Shown here: positions 9,383 to 20,015 of the stretch, one piece after another
Position numbering within the stretch: the first letter of the stretch is position 1
Layout of the letters: each line of letters opens with the position of its first letter
Assembly: GCA_965248645.1 (NCBI GenBank)
Contig: OZ252113.1
Span: 219,522 to 283,521, forward strand
Source: Acidobacteriota bacterium
GTDB lineage: Bacteria; Acidobacteriota; UBA6911; RPQK01; G965248645
Direction of reading: 5' to 3'
DNA: 64,000 nucleotides
The notes under the pieces: model-generated
Seen by the model: only the letters and a program-made list of their open reading frames with translations
Databases searched by the model: none
What the model was told of the DNA's origin: nothing
Translations under genes and position numbers: made by a program

Positions 9383-11377
9383 ATGAGCTATGTCTATTTG
9401 TTCCCACTGCTTGGACTTATTGGACTGGTCTTGGCTGGGGCCATGTATTCTTCTATCAAGAGAATCAAGGTGACCAATGAATTGATGGTCGAGATTTCCG
9501 AAGCGATTCACCAGGGTGCCATGGTTTTTCTGCGTCGAGAGTATGGCGTTTTGGTGCTATTCGTTACGGTGGTGTTTCTTTTGCTCAGTTGGAAGATTGC
9601 GGTCGGGACGGGTGTGGCTTTCCTGTTTGGAGCGACCTGCTCGATGCTGGCTGGCTTCTTCGGGGTGAAGGCAGCGACTCGTGCCAATGTACGTACTGCT
9701 CAAGCCGCTCAAAACTCAGGGATAGGCCAGGCCCTTGAGGTTGCCTTCTCGGGGGGCGCGGTCATGGGCTTGTCAGTGGCTAGTCTGGGATTATTCGGCA
9801 TAGCGGTGGGCTTTATTTTCCAACAACAAGGCTACATTGAAGTCACCGATATCGGTGGATTTGCTATGGGTGCCAGTTCAATTGCCCTCTTTGCCCGTGT
9901 GGGAGGGGGAATCTTTACCAAAAGCGCCGATGTGGGAGCTGATCTGGTTGGAAAACTAGAAGCTGGAATTCCAGAGGACGATCCTCGCAATCCTGCCACC
10001 ATCGCCGACAATGTGGGTGACTGTGTGGGAGACACTGCGGGAATGGGGGCCGACATCTTTGAGAGCTATGTGGGCTCAGTGGTGGCCACTATCGCCATTG
10101 CCGCTACCGGGACTTCGCGCCTCCTTGATTTCACAAGTTATCGAGAACTCTATATCTTGTTACCCATCTTTATGATGGCCTTGGGTCTGGTCTCTTCTCT
10201 AGTGGGAATTTGGTGCCTTCGGCTACTCCGCCACCTAAGCCCAGCGGCTGCTTTGCGCAATGCAGTCTATGTGAGTAATTTCCTTTTTCTCGCAGCTGTT
10301 TTCCTGGTGATTAGTGGCCTAGGTCTAGAACTGGGCATTTTCTGGGCTATTTTTCTGGGTAACCTGGCCGGTGTGGTGATCGGTCTGCTGACCGAATGGT
10401 ATACGGGAGGTAGTCCCGTTCGGAGGATTGCTGAGGCTTGTAAGACGGGTGAGGCTACCAATGTGATTGTGGGATTGGCTGTCGGAATGCAGTCCACCGC
10501 TCTTCCTGTGCTGACCATCTGCGGTGCTATCTTGATCGCCTACAGTTACGCTGGGGTATACGGCATCGGAATTGCAGCAGTAGGAATGCTGGGGACGGTG
10601 GGAATCACAATGTCCGTTGACGCCTATGGTCCTGTCGCGGACAATGCAGGCGGCATCTCAGAGATGAGCCGCTTGGGTCCTGAAACACGGCAAATCACCG
10701 ATCGATTGGATTCCTTGGGAAACACCACTGCTGCCATGGGGAAGGGTTTTGCGATTGGATCGGCAGCTCTGACCGCGCTGGCTCTCTTTTCTGCCTATAT
10801 CAGGACGGTAGGTCTAGAAATGCTTAACTTGATCGATCCCATCGTGGTGGTTGGGTTATTCGTTGGTGGCATCCTTCCTTTCGCAATTGCCGACCTCACC
10901 ATGTCATCGGTGGGTAAGGCCGCCTTCAAAATGGTGGAAGAGGTGCGCCGTCAGTTTCGCGAAATTCCTGGCTTGATGGGAGGAACTGACAAGCCGGACA
11001 CTGCCCGCTGTGTAGACATTGCCACACGTGCTGCTCTACGGGAGATGATTCTTCCCGGTTTGATTGCCGTTTCTTGCCCGGTTATGATCGGGTTCCTACT
11101 GGGCGCAGAGGCCTTGGGAGGCATGTTAGTCGGAGCGACTTTAGTGGGTGTGCTCTTGGCTCTTTTCATGGCTAACGCCGGTGGAGCTTGGGATAACGCC
11201 AAAAAGCTCATTGAAACGGGATTGATGGGGGGGAAGGGTTCAGCTGCCCATCGGGCAGCCGTGGTCGGAGATACGGTCGGGGATCCCTTTAAGGATACCA
11301 GTGGACCCTCGATGAACATCCTCATCAAATTGATGTCCATCGTATCCCTGGTTATCGCTCCATTATTAAAGGCGTAG
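9383..11377 (+). CDS. hppA: Membrane-bound proton/sodium-translocating pyrophosphatase (H+-PPase)
   Basis: Polytopic membrane protein with the signature motifs [38 protein letters not shown] and [15 protein letters not shown]. The ATG at 9383 is preferred over the GTG at 9359 because of the GAGGTGA ribosome-binding site. Confidence 0.9.
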   Translation: MSYVYLFPLLGLIGLVLAGAMYSSIKRIKVTNELMVEISEAIHQGAMVFLRREYGVLVLFVTVVFLLLSWKIAVGTGVAFLFGATCSMLAGFFGVKAATRANVRTAQAAQNSGIGQALEVAFSGGAVMGLSVASLGLFGIAVGFIFQQQGYIEVTDIGGFAMGASSIALFARVGGGIFTKSADVGADLVGKLEAGIPEDDPRNPATIADNVGDCVGDTAGMGADIFESYVGSVVATIAIAATGTSRLLDFTSYRELYILLPIFMMALGLVSSLVGIWCLRLLRHLSPAAALRNAVYVSNFLFLAAVFLVISGLGLELGIFWAIFLGNLAGVVIGLLTEWYTGGSPVRRIAEACKTGEATNVIVGLAVGMQSTALPVLTICGAILIAYSYAGVYGIGIAAVGMLGTVGITMSVDAYGPVADNAGGISEMSRLGPETRQITDRLDSLGNTTAAMGKGFAIGSAALTALALFSAYIRTVGLEMLNLIDPIVVVGLFVGGILPFAIADLTMSSVGKAAFKMVEEVRRQFREIPGLMGGTDKPDTARCVDIATRAALREMILPGLIAVSCPVMIGFLLGAEALGGMLVGATLVGVLLALFMANAGGAWDNAKKLIETGLMGGKGSAAHRAAVVGDTVGDPFKDTSGPSMNILIKLMSIVSLVIAPLLKA

Positions 11378-11402
11378 TGATAGATTTCCGCTGGTCGATT
11401 CA

Positions 11403-11431
11403 GGTGTGCTACCGCATCATTGTGGTACAAT
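11403..11431 (+). promoter_or_regulatory. Candidate extended -10 promoter (TGgTACAAT) upstream of rpsF
   Basis: TGnTACAAT at 11423-11431, 24 nt upstream of the rpsF start. The -35 is weak. No transcript data are available. Confidence 0.25.
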
Positions 11432-11454
11432 GACTTTTTCTCTAGAAAGTTAGA

Positions 11455-11856
11455 ATGAGGCGTTACGAGGTCGTATTTGTACTAGTCCCCACGCTGGCCG
11501 AGGAAGAAGTCGATCAGGCTATTGAAAGCTTCACCCGGATCGCGCAGGAGAAGAGTGCCGAAATCTTAGAGGTGGATAACTGGGGGAAGAGACGTCTCGC
11601 TTTCTCGGTCAAAAAGCACGAAGAAGGCATTTACGTGATCTTGAGCCTGGAGGAGCCTGCCGCGGAAGCGGTGGCAGAGTTGGAGCGAAGGTTCAAGGTG
11701 ACAGATTCGGTAATCCGCTTCCTGACGGTTCGAGTCGATCAGGATCTTAAGCGAGCCGAGAAATTTCGAGCCAAGCGGGAATTGGGCAAGGCGCGTCGAG
11801 CTGAGAACCGCTTGGTGCATCAGCGGGCGAAGGCGGAGTCTGTCGGGGAAAAGTAG
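11455..11856 (+). CDS. rpsF: 30S ribosomal protein S6
   Basis: 133 aa. [14 protein letters not shown]...WGKRRLAF is the S6 signature. Basic C-terminal tail. Confidence 0.9.
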   Translation: MRRYEVVFVLVPTLAEEEVDQAIESFTRIAQEKSAEILEVDNWGKRRLAFSVKKHEEGIYVILSLEEPAAEAVAELERRFKVTDSVIRFLTVRVDQDLKRAEKFRAKRELGKARRAENRLVHQRAKAESVGEK

Positions 11857-11862
11857 ACCATC

Positions 11863-12075
11863 GTGAGACGACGAAGAAAATTCTGTAAATTCTGCGTTGA
11901 GAAGGTTGATTACATCGATTATAAGGATGTTAAAAGATTCTCAGGTTTTATTTCGGAGCGGGGAAAAATTCTCCCACGTCGAATCTCGGGTGTGTGCATT
12001 ATTCACCAACGTAAGTTTTCAAGAGCCATAAAGCGAGCTCGACACCTGGCTTTGATTCCTTACGCTGCCGATTGA
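11863..12075 (+). CDS. rpsR: 30S ribosomal protein S18
   Basis: 70 aa. [58 protein letters not shown]. Confidence 0.9.
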   Translation: MRRRRKFCKFCVEKVDYIDYKDVKRFSGFISERGKILPRRISGVCIIHQRKFSRAIKRARHLALIPYAAD

Positions 12076-12176
12076 AAATCGAGCGAGCCATCCAGCTGGG
12101 AACTCGACGGTATTTTTCTTGGGAGCGATCTTTAGAGATTGAGGAAGAGGTTGGAATATTACCGCAGGCGGAAGAT

Positions 12177-12794
12177 ATGCGAGTGATACTGATCGACGAT
12201 TTTCCTGGTTTGGGAAAGCGGAACGAGGTTTTGGATGTGGCCGGCGGCTATGCTCGTAATTACCTGATCCCCAAGCGTCTAGCCGTCCTTGCCACGTTGG
12301 CCAATGTAAAGATCATGGAGCAGAAGCGGGTGGTCTTGGCCAAGAAGGAGGCCAGATATTTAGACGAGATGAAAATCTTGTCCCAAGCATTGAAGCAGCT
12401 GCATTTGTTGATCAGCCGAAGGGCGGGTGAGACAGGTGTTTTGTTTGGTTCAGTCGGCTCAAAGGATATTGTTGCACTGTTGGGGAGAGATGGCATTCGG
12501 CTGGATCGACGCAAGATTGTGCTCGCTCAACCAATCAAGCGTATTGGAAACTACACACTTGAAGTCCGTCTTCATACCGAAGTAGAGGCTCAACTTCTAC
12601 TTTCGGTGCTGGTAGAGACCGACGGTTCTATAGCACAGGTGAAAAAAAAGGACGCAGAAAGCGATCGCGTGGTTGAAGAATTGGACACCAAAGTGAGGGA
12701 AATCGAGCAGCGGTTGGCCGTCGAGCAGGCCCAGGAATCTTCAGCAGAACCAGAGGCCGATCAAGTATCTGACCAACCGTCTGCGGAGGACTAA
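12177..12794 (+). CDS. rplI: 50S ribosomal protein L9 with acidic C-terminal extension
   Basis: The internal Met start (MRVILIDDFPGLGKRNEVLDVAGGYARNYLIPKRLAV) matches the L9 N-terminus. The longer ORF that begins at 12072 overlaps rpsR and is probably not translated from there. A preceding GGCGGAAG sequence could serve as the RBS. Confidence 0.8.
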   Translation: MRVILIDDFPGLGKRNEVLDVAGGYARNYLIPKRLAVLATLANVKIMEQKRVVLAKKEARYLDEMKILSQALKQLHLLISRRAGETGVLFGSVGSKDIVALLGRDGIRLDRRKIVLAQPIKRIGNYTLEVRLHTEVEAQLLLSVLVETDGSIAQVKKKDAESDRVVEELDTKVREIEQRLAVEQAQESSAEPEADQVSDQPSAED

Positions 12795-13203
12795 CTCCGC
12801 AGGGAATCAAGACGACAAAATCGCCTGAATCCAAATCTGTGCTTCGTTTTCTCGGCGCGGGTAGGAGCTTTTTCTCGAGTCGTTTCTCGGCACTTAGTAG
12901 GAGTCATAGACTTAGCCAAAGTCCTTTTTGTCTGTTTTCGTTAGACCTCTGGCCCGCATTGCTCACCCTGGACCCCAGTTAAGTGCCGGAAAAGTCGGAT
13001 TTAACAGGGCTTCGCGACCGAGAGGCCCCCAGGCATACTCGTTGAGTCACCTGGAGGAGGTTCCCACCGAGTAACGCAGTCAAGGCGGATGATTTCGGAG
13101 ATACAGTAGGTTGGGTGTGAGGAATAGAGGGGGGAGCGAGTAGAAGAGTTTTTGTCGTCTTCTCTTTTATTCTGCATAATAGAGGCGGTAATCTGAGTTT
13201 ACG

Positions 13204-14571
13204 ATGGAAACTAAGGTCATTCCCGAAAAAAGTCTGCCCCACAGCCTGGAAGCCGAACGTGCTGTTCTCGGGACAATTCTTCTCGACAACAACCTGTTTG
13301 ACCAAGCTTCCACTATGCTGACTAGGGAGGATTTCTATCTGGGGGGGCATCGAAAGATCTTTTCCAAGATGTCTGCGCTCTCGTCTGATTCGCGTGCCAT
13401 CGACTCCCTGACTTTGCGAGAAGAGCTGGAAAGGGACAGGGACTTGGAAAGCGTGGGAGGAGCGACCTATATTGCCTCACTCTTGGACGGAGTCCCCCGG
13501 GTGTCTAATCTCCAGCAGTATGCACGGATTGTCAAGGAAAAATCCCTTCTTCGAAAGCTTATTCACGCCGCTAACGAGATTCTAGCCAGGAGCTTTTCCA
13601 ACGACGAAAATCCTGTGGATCTTTTGGAACAGGCGGAGAAGGCGATCTTTGAGATTGGCCAGGAAAAAGTTGAGAGTGGGTTCGCCCATTTGCAGGACTT
13701 GCTCACAACAACCTACAAGGCCATAGAAAGCCTGTACCATCGTAAGGAGTTGATCACGGGGCTCTCAATGGGTTTTACTGAGCTAGATCGGCTCACAGCA
13801 GGCCTTCAGCCGGCCGATTTGATCATTGTTGCTGCCCGGCCTGGGCTTGGGAAAACTAGTCTTGCCTTGAACGTTGCTCAGTATGTAGCCACCAAAGCAG
13901 ATAAGGTGGTGGGAATCTTCAGTCTCGAGATGGCGGCGCCACAGTTGGTAACCCGAATGCTCTGTGCGGAAGCTAGGGTGGATGGCCACAAAGTCCGATC
14001 GGGTTATTTAAGTAAGGAAGACTGGACTCGTCTGGCAAAGGCCATGAGCCGATTAGCAAAATCTAGAATCTTTATCGATGACACTCCGGGACTATCCATT
14101 ATCGAAATACGGTCCAAAGCTCGTCGTCTCAAGGCCGAACACGGACTGGACTTGTTGGTCGTTGACTACTTGCAGCTCATGTCAGGAACCGGTGGCGGAA
14201 ATCGTGCGCGCTTTGAAAACCGGCAGCAGGAGATTTCCGCTATCAGTCGAAGCCTCAAGGGCTTAGCCAAGGAGCTGACGATTCCTGTTATCGCTATTTC
14301 TCAGCTGAGCCGTGCTCCTGAGCAGCGCCGCGGTGATCATCGTCCGCAATTGTCTGATTTGAGAGAGTCAGGATCCATTGAACAAGATGCGGATGTGGTT
14401 CTTTTTATCTATCGAGAAGATCAATACAAGAGATCGGATGAGCCGGACGAAGACGGTGGCGTCGCTCAGATCATTATTGGGAAACAACGTAACGGTCCTC
14501 TTGGAACGGTCAAGCTGGCTTTCATCGATCAGTGGACCAAGTTTGAAAACCTTGCTCGCCAATCGGGATGA
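13204..14571 (+). CDS. dnaB: Replicative DNA helicase DnaB
   Basis: 455 aa. LPHSLEAERAVLGTILLDN N-terminal domain, Walker A ARPGLGKTSLAL, and RecA-like SQLSR..E....P.LSDLRESGSIEQDADVV motifs. No intein. Confidence 0.9.
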   Translation: METKVIPEKSLPHSLEAERAVLGTILLDNNLFDQASTMLTREDFYLGGHRKIFSKMSALSSDSRAIDSLTLREELERDRDLESVGGATYIASLLDGVPRVSNLQQYARIVKEKSLLRKLIHAANEILARSFSNDENPVDLLEQAEKAIFEIGQEKVESGFAHLQDLLTTTYKAIESLYHRKELITGLSMGFTELDRLTAGLQPADLIIVAARPGLGKTSLALNVAQYVATKADKVVGIFSLEMAAPQLVTRMLCAEARVDGHKVRSGYLSKEDWTRLAKAMSRLAKSRIFIDDTPGLSIIEIRSKARRLKAEHGLDLLVVDYLQLMSGTGGGNRARFENRQQEISAISRSLKGLAKELTIPVIAISQLSRAPEQRRGDHRPQLSDLRESGSIEQDADVVLFIYREDQYKRSDEPDEDGGVAQIIIGKQRNGPLGTVKLAFIDQWTKFENLARQSG

Positions 14572-14758
14572 CCTGTTGTTGAACCGGCTGGTCTGTCTTT
14601 CCTCACACTATCTTACGCCGGACGTGGCTGGAGAGGGACAGCCAGCAGGGGTTAAAATGAGCGATCAAAAGGTTTTTTTTTTGAGAGAGCACCAGGGACT
14701 AAAATGACTGCTTGCCGCCTTTTTTTCTCTTGTGCGCTTTGGCTTTTAGAAGGAGGAG

Positions 14759-15715
14759 GTGCTTATGAGATTGTGGCTGATGCGCGCATTGTTTGCCATA
14801 ACCTTCACTTCAGTTACCCTCCTTCTGAGACCTTTTGAGTTTTCCTTCCACCAGGCTCTCCTTGCCGGACTTTTGCTTTCGGCCGCGGCCATACTCTTTG
14901 AAGTTAGGGTCCGAGACACTCCGGTGAGGAAACTCGTTGGAGCAGCCTTGGGCTCTATTTTTGGAATCCTTGGGGCATCTCTGATTAGTTTGGTGATCGA
15001 TAACCTGACATTCGTTTCCCAAAAAAACAGAAAGCTTCCTCCAAGTGCTCGTGTTGGCCGTCATGACCTATGTCGGATTGATTGTTGGAGTGACCAAAGG
15101 CAAAGAATTCAGCTTCCAAGGTAGTTTGTTTGGGAAGCGCGTGGACAGCAAATTGGCCAAGATTTTGGACACCAGCATCATCATCGATGGAAGAGTCGCA
15201 GATATCGTCGAAACAGGCTGCTTAGAGGGTCAGCTGATGGTTCCAGAGTTCGTCTTACGGGAGCTCCAAATGGTCGTTGACTCCGCGCGCGCCGACTCGG
15301 TCAAAAGGAGTCGCGTGGTCGTCGAGGTTTGGATATCCTCTCGAAGATTCAAAAGAAACCCAATGTCAACGTGCATATTGTCGAGCGGGACTATGCTGAA
15401 ATCAGAGAAGTTGACATGAAACTCATCGAGTTGGCCAGAGAGACGGGGGCTAAGATCGTGACCAATGATTTCAATCTGAATAAGGTGGCGCAGCTCCGCG
15501 GGGTTCAAGTACTGAATATTAATTAGCTGGCGTATGCCCTTAAGCCGGTGGTCTTGCCAGGCGAAACAATGAGAGTCTTCATTCTCAAGGAGGGCAAAGA
15601 GTATAATCAGGGTGTGGCCTATCTTAACGATGGCACGATGGTCGTAGTGGACCATGTGCGCCGTATGATCGGCAAAAGATATTTTGGTGACCACTGTGCT
15701 GCAGACCACCGCTGA
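14759..15715 (+). pseudogene. yacL: YacL-like PIN/TRAM-domain membrane protein, disrupted by two frameshifts and one in-frame TAG
   Basis: The N-terminal TM region is in frame 2 and shifts to frame 0 at the A7 run (15021-15027). The PIN domain reads [49 protein letters not shown] 2-nt indel near 15316 returns the reading frame to frame 2: [24 protein letters not shown]...[23 protein letters not shown]. The TAG at 15524 is followed in the same frame by [41 protein letters not shown], which is the TRAM domain. The order and sequence mirror Bacillus YacL. Confidence 0.6.
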
Positions 15716-15796
15716 AAAAATGATCTTTGGGAAATATCCAACCAATGGTGAAATGCAACACAAAGGGCACTACGAGCGGGAGCGGGTGTCGCGTTT

Positions 15797-16447
15797 TTGA
15801 TTGGTCTTATCTTGGCTGCTGCTGGCTCTGGCTGTCGCTTCGGATCTGCAATCCCAAAACAATTCACTTCTCTCCAGGGAAGAGCTCTCTATCTCCATGC
15901 GTTGGAGCCTTTTGCCGCGTTCGTCTCGCAGGTTTCTGTGGTTGTTCCTGAGACCTGGATTGAGCGAGTTGGCAAGCACCTTCAGTCCCTCTCTTATGCC
16001 CACAAGCTGATGGTGCAGATCGGTGGCCCACAACGCCAGGATTCTGTGTATGAAGGCTTAAAACGGCTGTCCCACTCGACCAAGATAGTTCTGGTTCACG
16101 ACGCGGTACGCCCTCTCGTTTCAGCGAGCTTGATTCGTAGAGTAATTCAAGGGACGCAATTAAACCGGGCCTGCATACCCGTTTTGCCAATACCGGAAAC
16201 GGTCAAGGAAGTGCTCGACGAGCAGGTTGTGGCTACTCTGGAGCGCCAGCGTTTACGACTTGTTCAAACGCCCCAAGGATTTGAAATCAATCTCTTAAGG
16301 CGGGCTCTTGAGGAGGCAAGGCAAGATGGTTTTTATGCCACAGATGAGTCAAGCTTGGTGGAGCGCATCGGACAGAACGTGTTTGTGGTTGCCGGGGATC
16401 CCGCCAATAGGAAGATCACCTGGAAAACTGATTTCGAGAGAATTTAG
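15797..16447 (+). CDS. ispD: 2-C-methyl-D-erythritol 4-phosphate cytidylyltransferase
   Basis: 216 aa. ILAAAGSGCRFG..PKQF, VLVHDAVRPL, and TPQGF motifs. TTG start inferred. Confidence 0.85.
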   Translation: MIGLILAAAGSGCRFGSAIPKQFTSLQGRALYLHALEPFAAFVSQVSVVVPETWIERVGKHLQSLSYAHKLMVQIGGPQRQDSVYEGLKRLSHSTKIVLVHDAVRPLVSASLIRRVIQGTQLNRACIPVLPIPETVKEVLDEQVVATLERQRLRLVQTPQGFEINLLRRALEEARQDGFYATDESSLVERIGQNVFVVAGDPANRKITWKTDFERI

Positions 16448-16465
16448 AGCCGTTTCTTAATTCTG

Positions 16466-16960
16466 ATGAGGATTCCTTTCCAATATCGAATTGGACTCGG
16501 ATACGATTTTCACCCATTTGAGCATGGAATTCCGCTGGTGCTCGGTGGGGTATGCATTCCTCATTCTAGCGGTTTGCTGGGCCATTCCGATGCCGACGCC
16601 TTGCTCCATGCAGTTTCCGACGCCTTGTTGGGTGGGGCCGGATTGAAAGATGTTGGACACTATTTCTCTGACCGTGATCCCAAATATCGGGGGATGTCGA
16701 GCCTCTTGATCTTAGAAAAGGTCTACCGACTGATTCGAGGGCAGGGATTCTTGGTAGGCAATATCGATATGACTGTGATTGCCGAAGTGCCAAGAATTAG
16801 CCCCTATGTTGACGCTATCAAAGCTAACCTAGGACGTGTCTTATCCCTTGAGCTCAACCAGATCGGCATAAAAGCAACAACTATGGAGGGGAGAGGAGCC
16901 ATTGGGCGTTGCGAAGGGCTTGCGGTACAGGCTGCTGTCTTGCTGGTGCGAGAAAAATGA
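16466..16960 (+). CDS. ispF: 2-C-methyl-D-erythritol 2,4-cyclodiphosphate synthase
   Basis: 164 aa. IGLGYDFH...LGHSDADALLHAVSDALLGGAG..D.G..F.D is the IspF metal and substrate site. Confidence 0.85.
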   Translation: MRIPFQYRIGLGYDFHPFEHGIPLVLGGVCIPHSSGLLGHSDADALLHAVSDALLGGAGLKDVGHYFSDRDPKYRGMSSLLILEKVYRLIRGQGFLVGNIDMTVIAEVPRISPYVDAIKANLGRVLSLELNQIGIKATTMEGRGAIGRCEGLAVQAAVLLVREK

Positions 16961-17059
16961 AAAGGTTAGTCCCCCTATGGCCGTCATTTCGATATTGGAA
17001 AAGCTCGGAATAGAACAAAATCAGTTCTGGGAGCTGAACGAGAATTAAGTTGAAATCTC

Positions 17060-17450
17060 GGCATTTTAAAGAAAGACTCCAGTAACCCGGTTACGAAAAT
17101 GGACCTGAGAGCTGAGGAAATAATTGTCAATAATTTACGGCTTCATTTTCCGGAGCATCAGATTCTAGCTGAGGAGCAGACCAACCGAAAAGGAACTTCG
17201 CCTTGCACTATCGATCCATTGGACGGAACCACCAATAACGCTCATGGCTATCGGTTCTTCTGTGTGTAGCTCTTACCTTGGAAATCGCAAGAGAAGTGGC
17301 TTGGGGAGTGGTCTGCGATCCCGCGGAGAGTTGTTTAGCGTGGAACGTGGAGCAGGCGCCTGTGTAAATTTCGGCCCATTGCAGTTTCGACCAAGGAGAA
17401 GCTAGAAAGAGATTGGCCTGTCCCGCTGCCATCCTCCGGGCAGAGGGGGG
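17060..17450 (+). pseudogene. Inositol-monophosphatase (SuhB/IMPase) family remnant: N-terminally truncated, with multiple frameshifts and stops
   Basis: Frame-hopping translation gives NPVTKMDLRAEEIIVNNLRLHFPEHQILAEEQ...CTIDPLDGTTNNAHGYRFFCV*, then VALTLEIAREVAWGVVCDPAESCLAWNVEQAPV*, then ERGAGACVNFGPLQFRPRRS*. These pieces are collinear with IMPase motifs (DPIDGTTNF.HG...F.VSIAL...GEPVLGVVYDP.....F.AERG.GAFLNG). Confidence 0.5.
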
Positions 17451-17562
17451 TTGTTGAGGAAGTATCCGGGCATCGCTTTTCTCTTCACGCTCTTGATCCT
17501 GCCTCGGGTTAGGTTTGGTCCTGGGTAGGCTGTGTCATAGGCCAATTCTAGAATTGCGGTAG

Positions 17563-18138
17563 ATGAAGATTGCTATCGGTAGCACCCGAGAGGTTAAAGT
17601 TGAGGCTGTCAAGGAAGCCTGGGAAGTCTTTGCGGCTAAAATCGTTCAAGATCCCGATGAACTCGTGACGTTCCATGATTACGATGTTACACACCCAGCC
17701 CCGCGCACGCCTCTTAGCTCTAGGGCCTTGATGGAGGGAGCTCAGGGTCGCGTGGAAAACTTGCTCCTACAGTTGAAGCGAGAGAAGGGAGAAGCTGATT
17801 TCTACGTCGGTTTGGAAGGGGGCTTCAATGTGGTCGATTTGGATGGCCCGCGGCGGCAAGTTTTCCTGGAGAATTGGGCCTATGTGTCGGATGGGTACCG
17901 AGGTTATTTTGGCCACGGGGGTGGAGTTTCGGTTCCCCCTCAAATTGCCGATCCGGTGATTGATCGTGGAATAGAGTTGGGGATAGTGATTGACCGTTTC
18001 AATCAAATCTCGGAGAGGCAGAGGAAGGAAGGGACTTGGAGCATCCTCACACTCGACATTCTGACCCGGAAACACTCTTTTGTGATCGCCTTGATTGCCG
18101 CATTTGCCCCATTTTACAACGAGGAATTCTTCCAATGA
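17563..18138 (+). CDS. YjjX/DUF84-family inosine/xanthosine triphosphatase (non-canonical NTPase)
   Basis: 191 aa. KIAIGSTREVKVEAVKEAW, VGLEGG, and the C-terminus LGIVIDRF..ISERQRKEGTWSILTLDILTRKHSFVIALIAAFAPFYNE parallel the E. coli YjjX C-terminus. Confidence 0.7.
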   Translation: MKIAIGSTREVKVEAVKEAWEVFAAKIVQDPDELVTFHDYDVTHPAPRTPLSSRALMEGAQGRVENLLLQLKREKGEADFYVGLEGGFNVVDLDGPRRQVFLENWAYVSDGYRGYFGHGGGVSVPPQIADPVIDRGIELGIVIDRFNQISERQRKEGTWSILTLDILTRKHSFVIALIAAFAPFYNEEFFQ

Positions 18139-18191
18139 CGGCGTGTGGTCATGGATCCGGCGCCTGAGGAAACCAAGGCATTCAGCGGTGC

Positions 18192-20006
18192 CTATGCCAG
18201 AGCCTCTTTGACCTGTCGAGCCAGCTTTTGACCGACAAATGGGGTCAACTCTGCCACACTGGCCCGCCCAATTCTGGTGACGCTTCCGAAATTGCGCAGC
18301 AAACGTTTTTTGCGCTTGTCTCCAATGCCAGGAATGCGGTTCAATTCTGAGGCAAAGTCTTTCAGTGAACGGCGCTTGCGATGAAAGCTCAGGGCAAAAC
18401 GATGAGCTTCATCCCGGATCTCCTGCAATAAATGAAGAACTATCGATGTATTTTCCAGAATCAATGGATCCTCCTGACCCTGGACAAATAGTTGTTCCTC
18501 TCTTTTTGCTATGCTCACTAGTGGAGTGTCTTCAATGGCCAATTCGGAAAGGGCTTGGTAAGCGAAATGAAGCTGTCCCTTACCCCCATCGATGAGAATC
18601 AGATCAGGAAGTTTCTGCCCTTCTTCCAGTAGGCGGTGATAGCGACGATGGACCACCTCATAGATGGAGGCACAATCGTTGGCTCCCTGGACTTTTCTCA
18701 ATTTGAATTGACGGTACTCGCTCTTTTTCATGACTCCATCCTGGCACACTACCATGGATGCCACACTTTCGACTCCTTGGATATTAGAGATGTCGAAAGC
18801 TTCAATCCGTCGAGGAATTTGGAGTAGATCAAGTTTACTCTGAAGCCTTTCCAATAGTTTGTCCTTTTCGGATCGAAGGATCTTAAAGCGACCTTCGAAG
18901 GCGACCTTGGCATTACGCTCAACCAGCAACAACAGGTCGTATTTCCCCCCCTTCTGGGGAACCAGGATCCGTACCGTCCGTTCCTTCTTACTGCCTGCGA
19001 ATTTTCTACTGAGCCAGCGGGCGATAAGATCCTGATCTCTTATCCGTACCGGAAGGTAAATTTGGTGGGGAATAAATCTAGAGGTTAGATAGTATTGTTG
19101 AAGGGCTTCCCCAACGAATTGTGCAGGATCAAAAAAATTAAGATCAGACCAGAAAAATTCCCGTTTACCCACAATTTTCCCTTTTCGTAGGGTGAACAAT
19201 TGTAAAGCGAGACGGGACCCCTCGCGGTAATAGGCAAAGATATCCACGTCCTTCGCCCCGGTGAGAATCATCTTTTGCTTTTTGGCCAGATCGCGGACCA
19301 TCCTCAGGCGATCTCGATAGAAGGCGGCAGCTTCATAGTGTTGTCTCTCTGAAGCTTTCCGCATTCTCTGGGTCAATTGCCCGATCAACTCTTCATTCTT
19401 TCCTTCTAAGAGAAGAATCACCTCCTTAACCGCTTGCGAATACTCATCGGGAGTGCACAAACCATTGACACAAGGACCGAGACACCGCTTAATGTGGTGC
19501 TCAAGGCAGGGTCGGTCCATGCTTCCGTCGATGCTCAGATCACAGGTCCGCAGGAGAAAGTGGCGGTTAATAATCTTTACCGTGTTTCGGGCCAAAGACG
19601 CAGGGGTGTAAGGCCCGAAATAGAGGGCACCGTCATGGAGTACTCTTCGAGTGAGAAGAACCCGAGGGTAAGGTTCATGGATCGTCAATTTAATGTGTAG
19701 GAAGGCTTTGTCGTCCTTGAGGTTGACGTTAAATTGAGGTTTGTGTTTCTTGACTAAATTGCTCTCCAGAAAAACTGCCTCGACTTCATTGTCCGTGACA
19801 ATATATTCCAGATCGCTAAGGTGTTGCCGCAGAACTCCCGTTTTGTGATCGGTGAATCGACGGGGTTGGAAATAGGAGCGCACACGACTTTTCAAATTCT
19901 TGGCCTTGCCGATATAGATCACCTTATGTCGGCAATCCCTGAAAAGGTAGACGCCAGCTTTGACTGGCAGGTGTTCAAGTTGATCCTGCAAGAGGTCTTC
20001 GTTCAC
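18192..20006 (-). CDS. uvrC: Excinuclease ABC subunit C
   Basis: 604 aa. N-terminal GIY-YIG (GVYLFRD...VIYIGKAKNLKSRVRSYF), central UvrBC-interaction and endonuclease V-like domains, and a C-terminal helix-hairpin-helix (ELNRIPGIGDKRKKRLLRNFGS). Confidence 0.9.
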   Translation of the reverse strand: MNEDLLQDQLEHLPVKAGVYLFRDCRHKVIYIGKAKNLKSRVRSYFQPRRFTDHKTGVLRQHLSDLEYIVTDNEVEAVFLESNLVKKHKPQFNVNLKDDKAFLHIKLTIHEPYPRVLLTRRVLHDGALYFGPYTPASLARNTVKIINRHFLLRTCDLSIDGSMDRPCLEHHIKRCLGPCVNGLCTPDEYSQAVKEVILLLEGKNEELIGQLTQRMRKASERQHYEAAAFYRDRLRMVRDLAKKQKMILTGAKDVDIFAYYREGSRLALQLFTLRKGKIVGKREFFWSDLNFFDPAQFVGEALQQYYLTSRFIPHQIYLPVRIRDQDLIARWLSRKFAGSKKERTVRILVPQKGGKYDLLLLVERNAKVAFEGRFKILRSEKDKLLERLQSKLDLLQIPRRIEAFDISNIQGVESVASMVVCQDGVMKKSEYRQFKLRKVQGANDCASIYEVVHRRYHRLLEEGQKLPDLILIDGGKGQLHFAYQALSELAIEDTPLVSIAKREEQLFVQGQEDPLILENTSIVLHLLQEIRDEAHRFALSFHRKRRSLKDFASELNRIPGIGDKRKKRLLRNFGSVTRIGRASVAELTPFVGQKLARQVKEALA

Positions 20007-20015
20007 AAACTCTAA

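Noticed and set aside
14672-14684. T10 tract as rho-independent terminator of dnaB
   Set aside because: The nearest hairpin (gctgg…ccagc at 14620-14645) is about 30 nt upstream of the T-run, so it is not a canonical terminator. Kept only as a homopolymer note.
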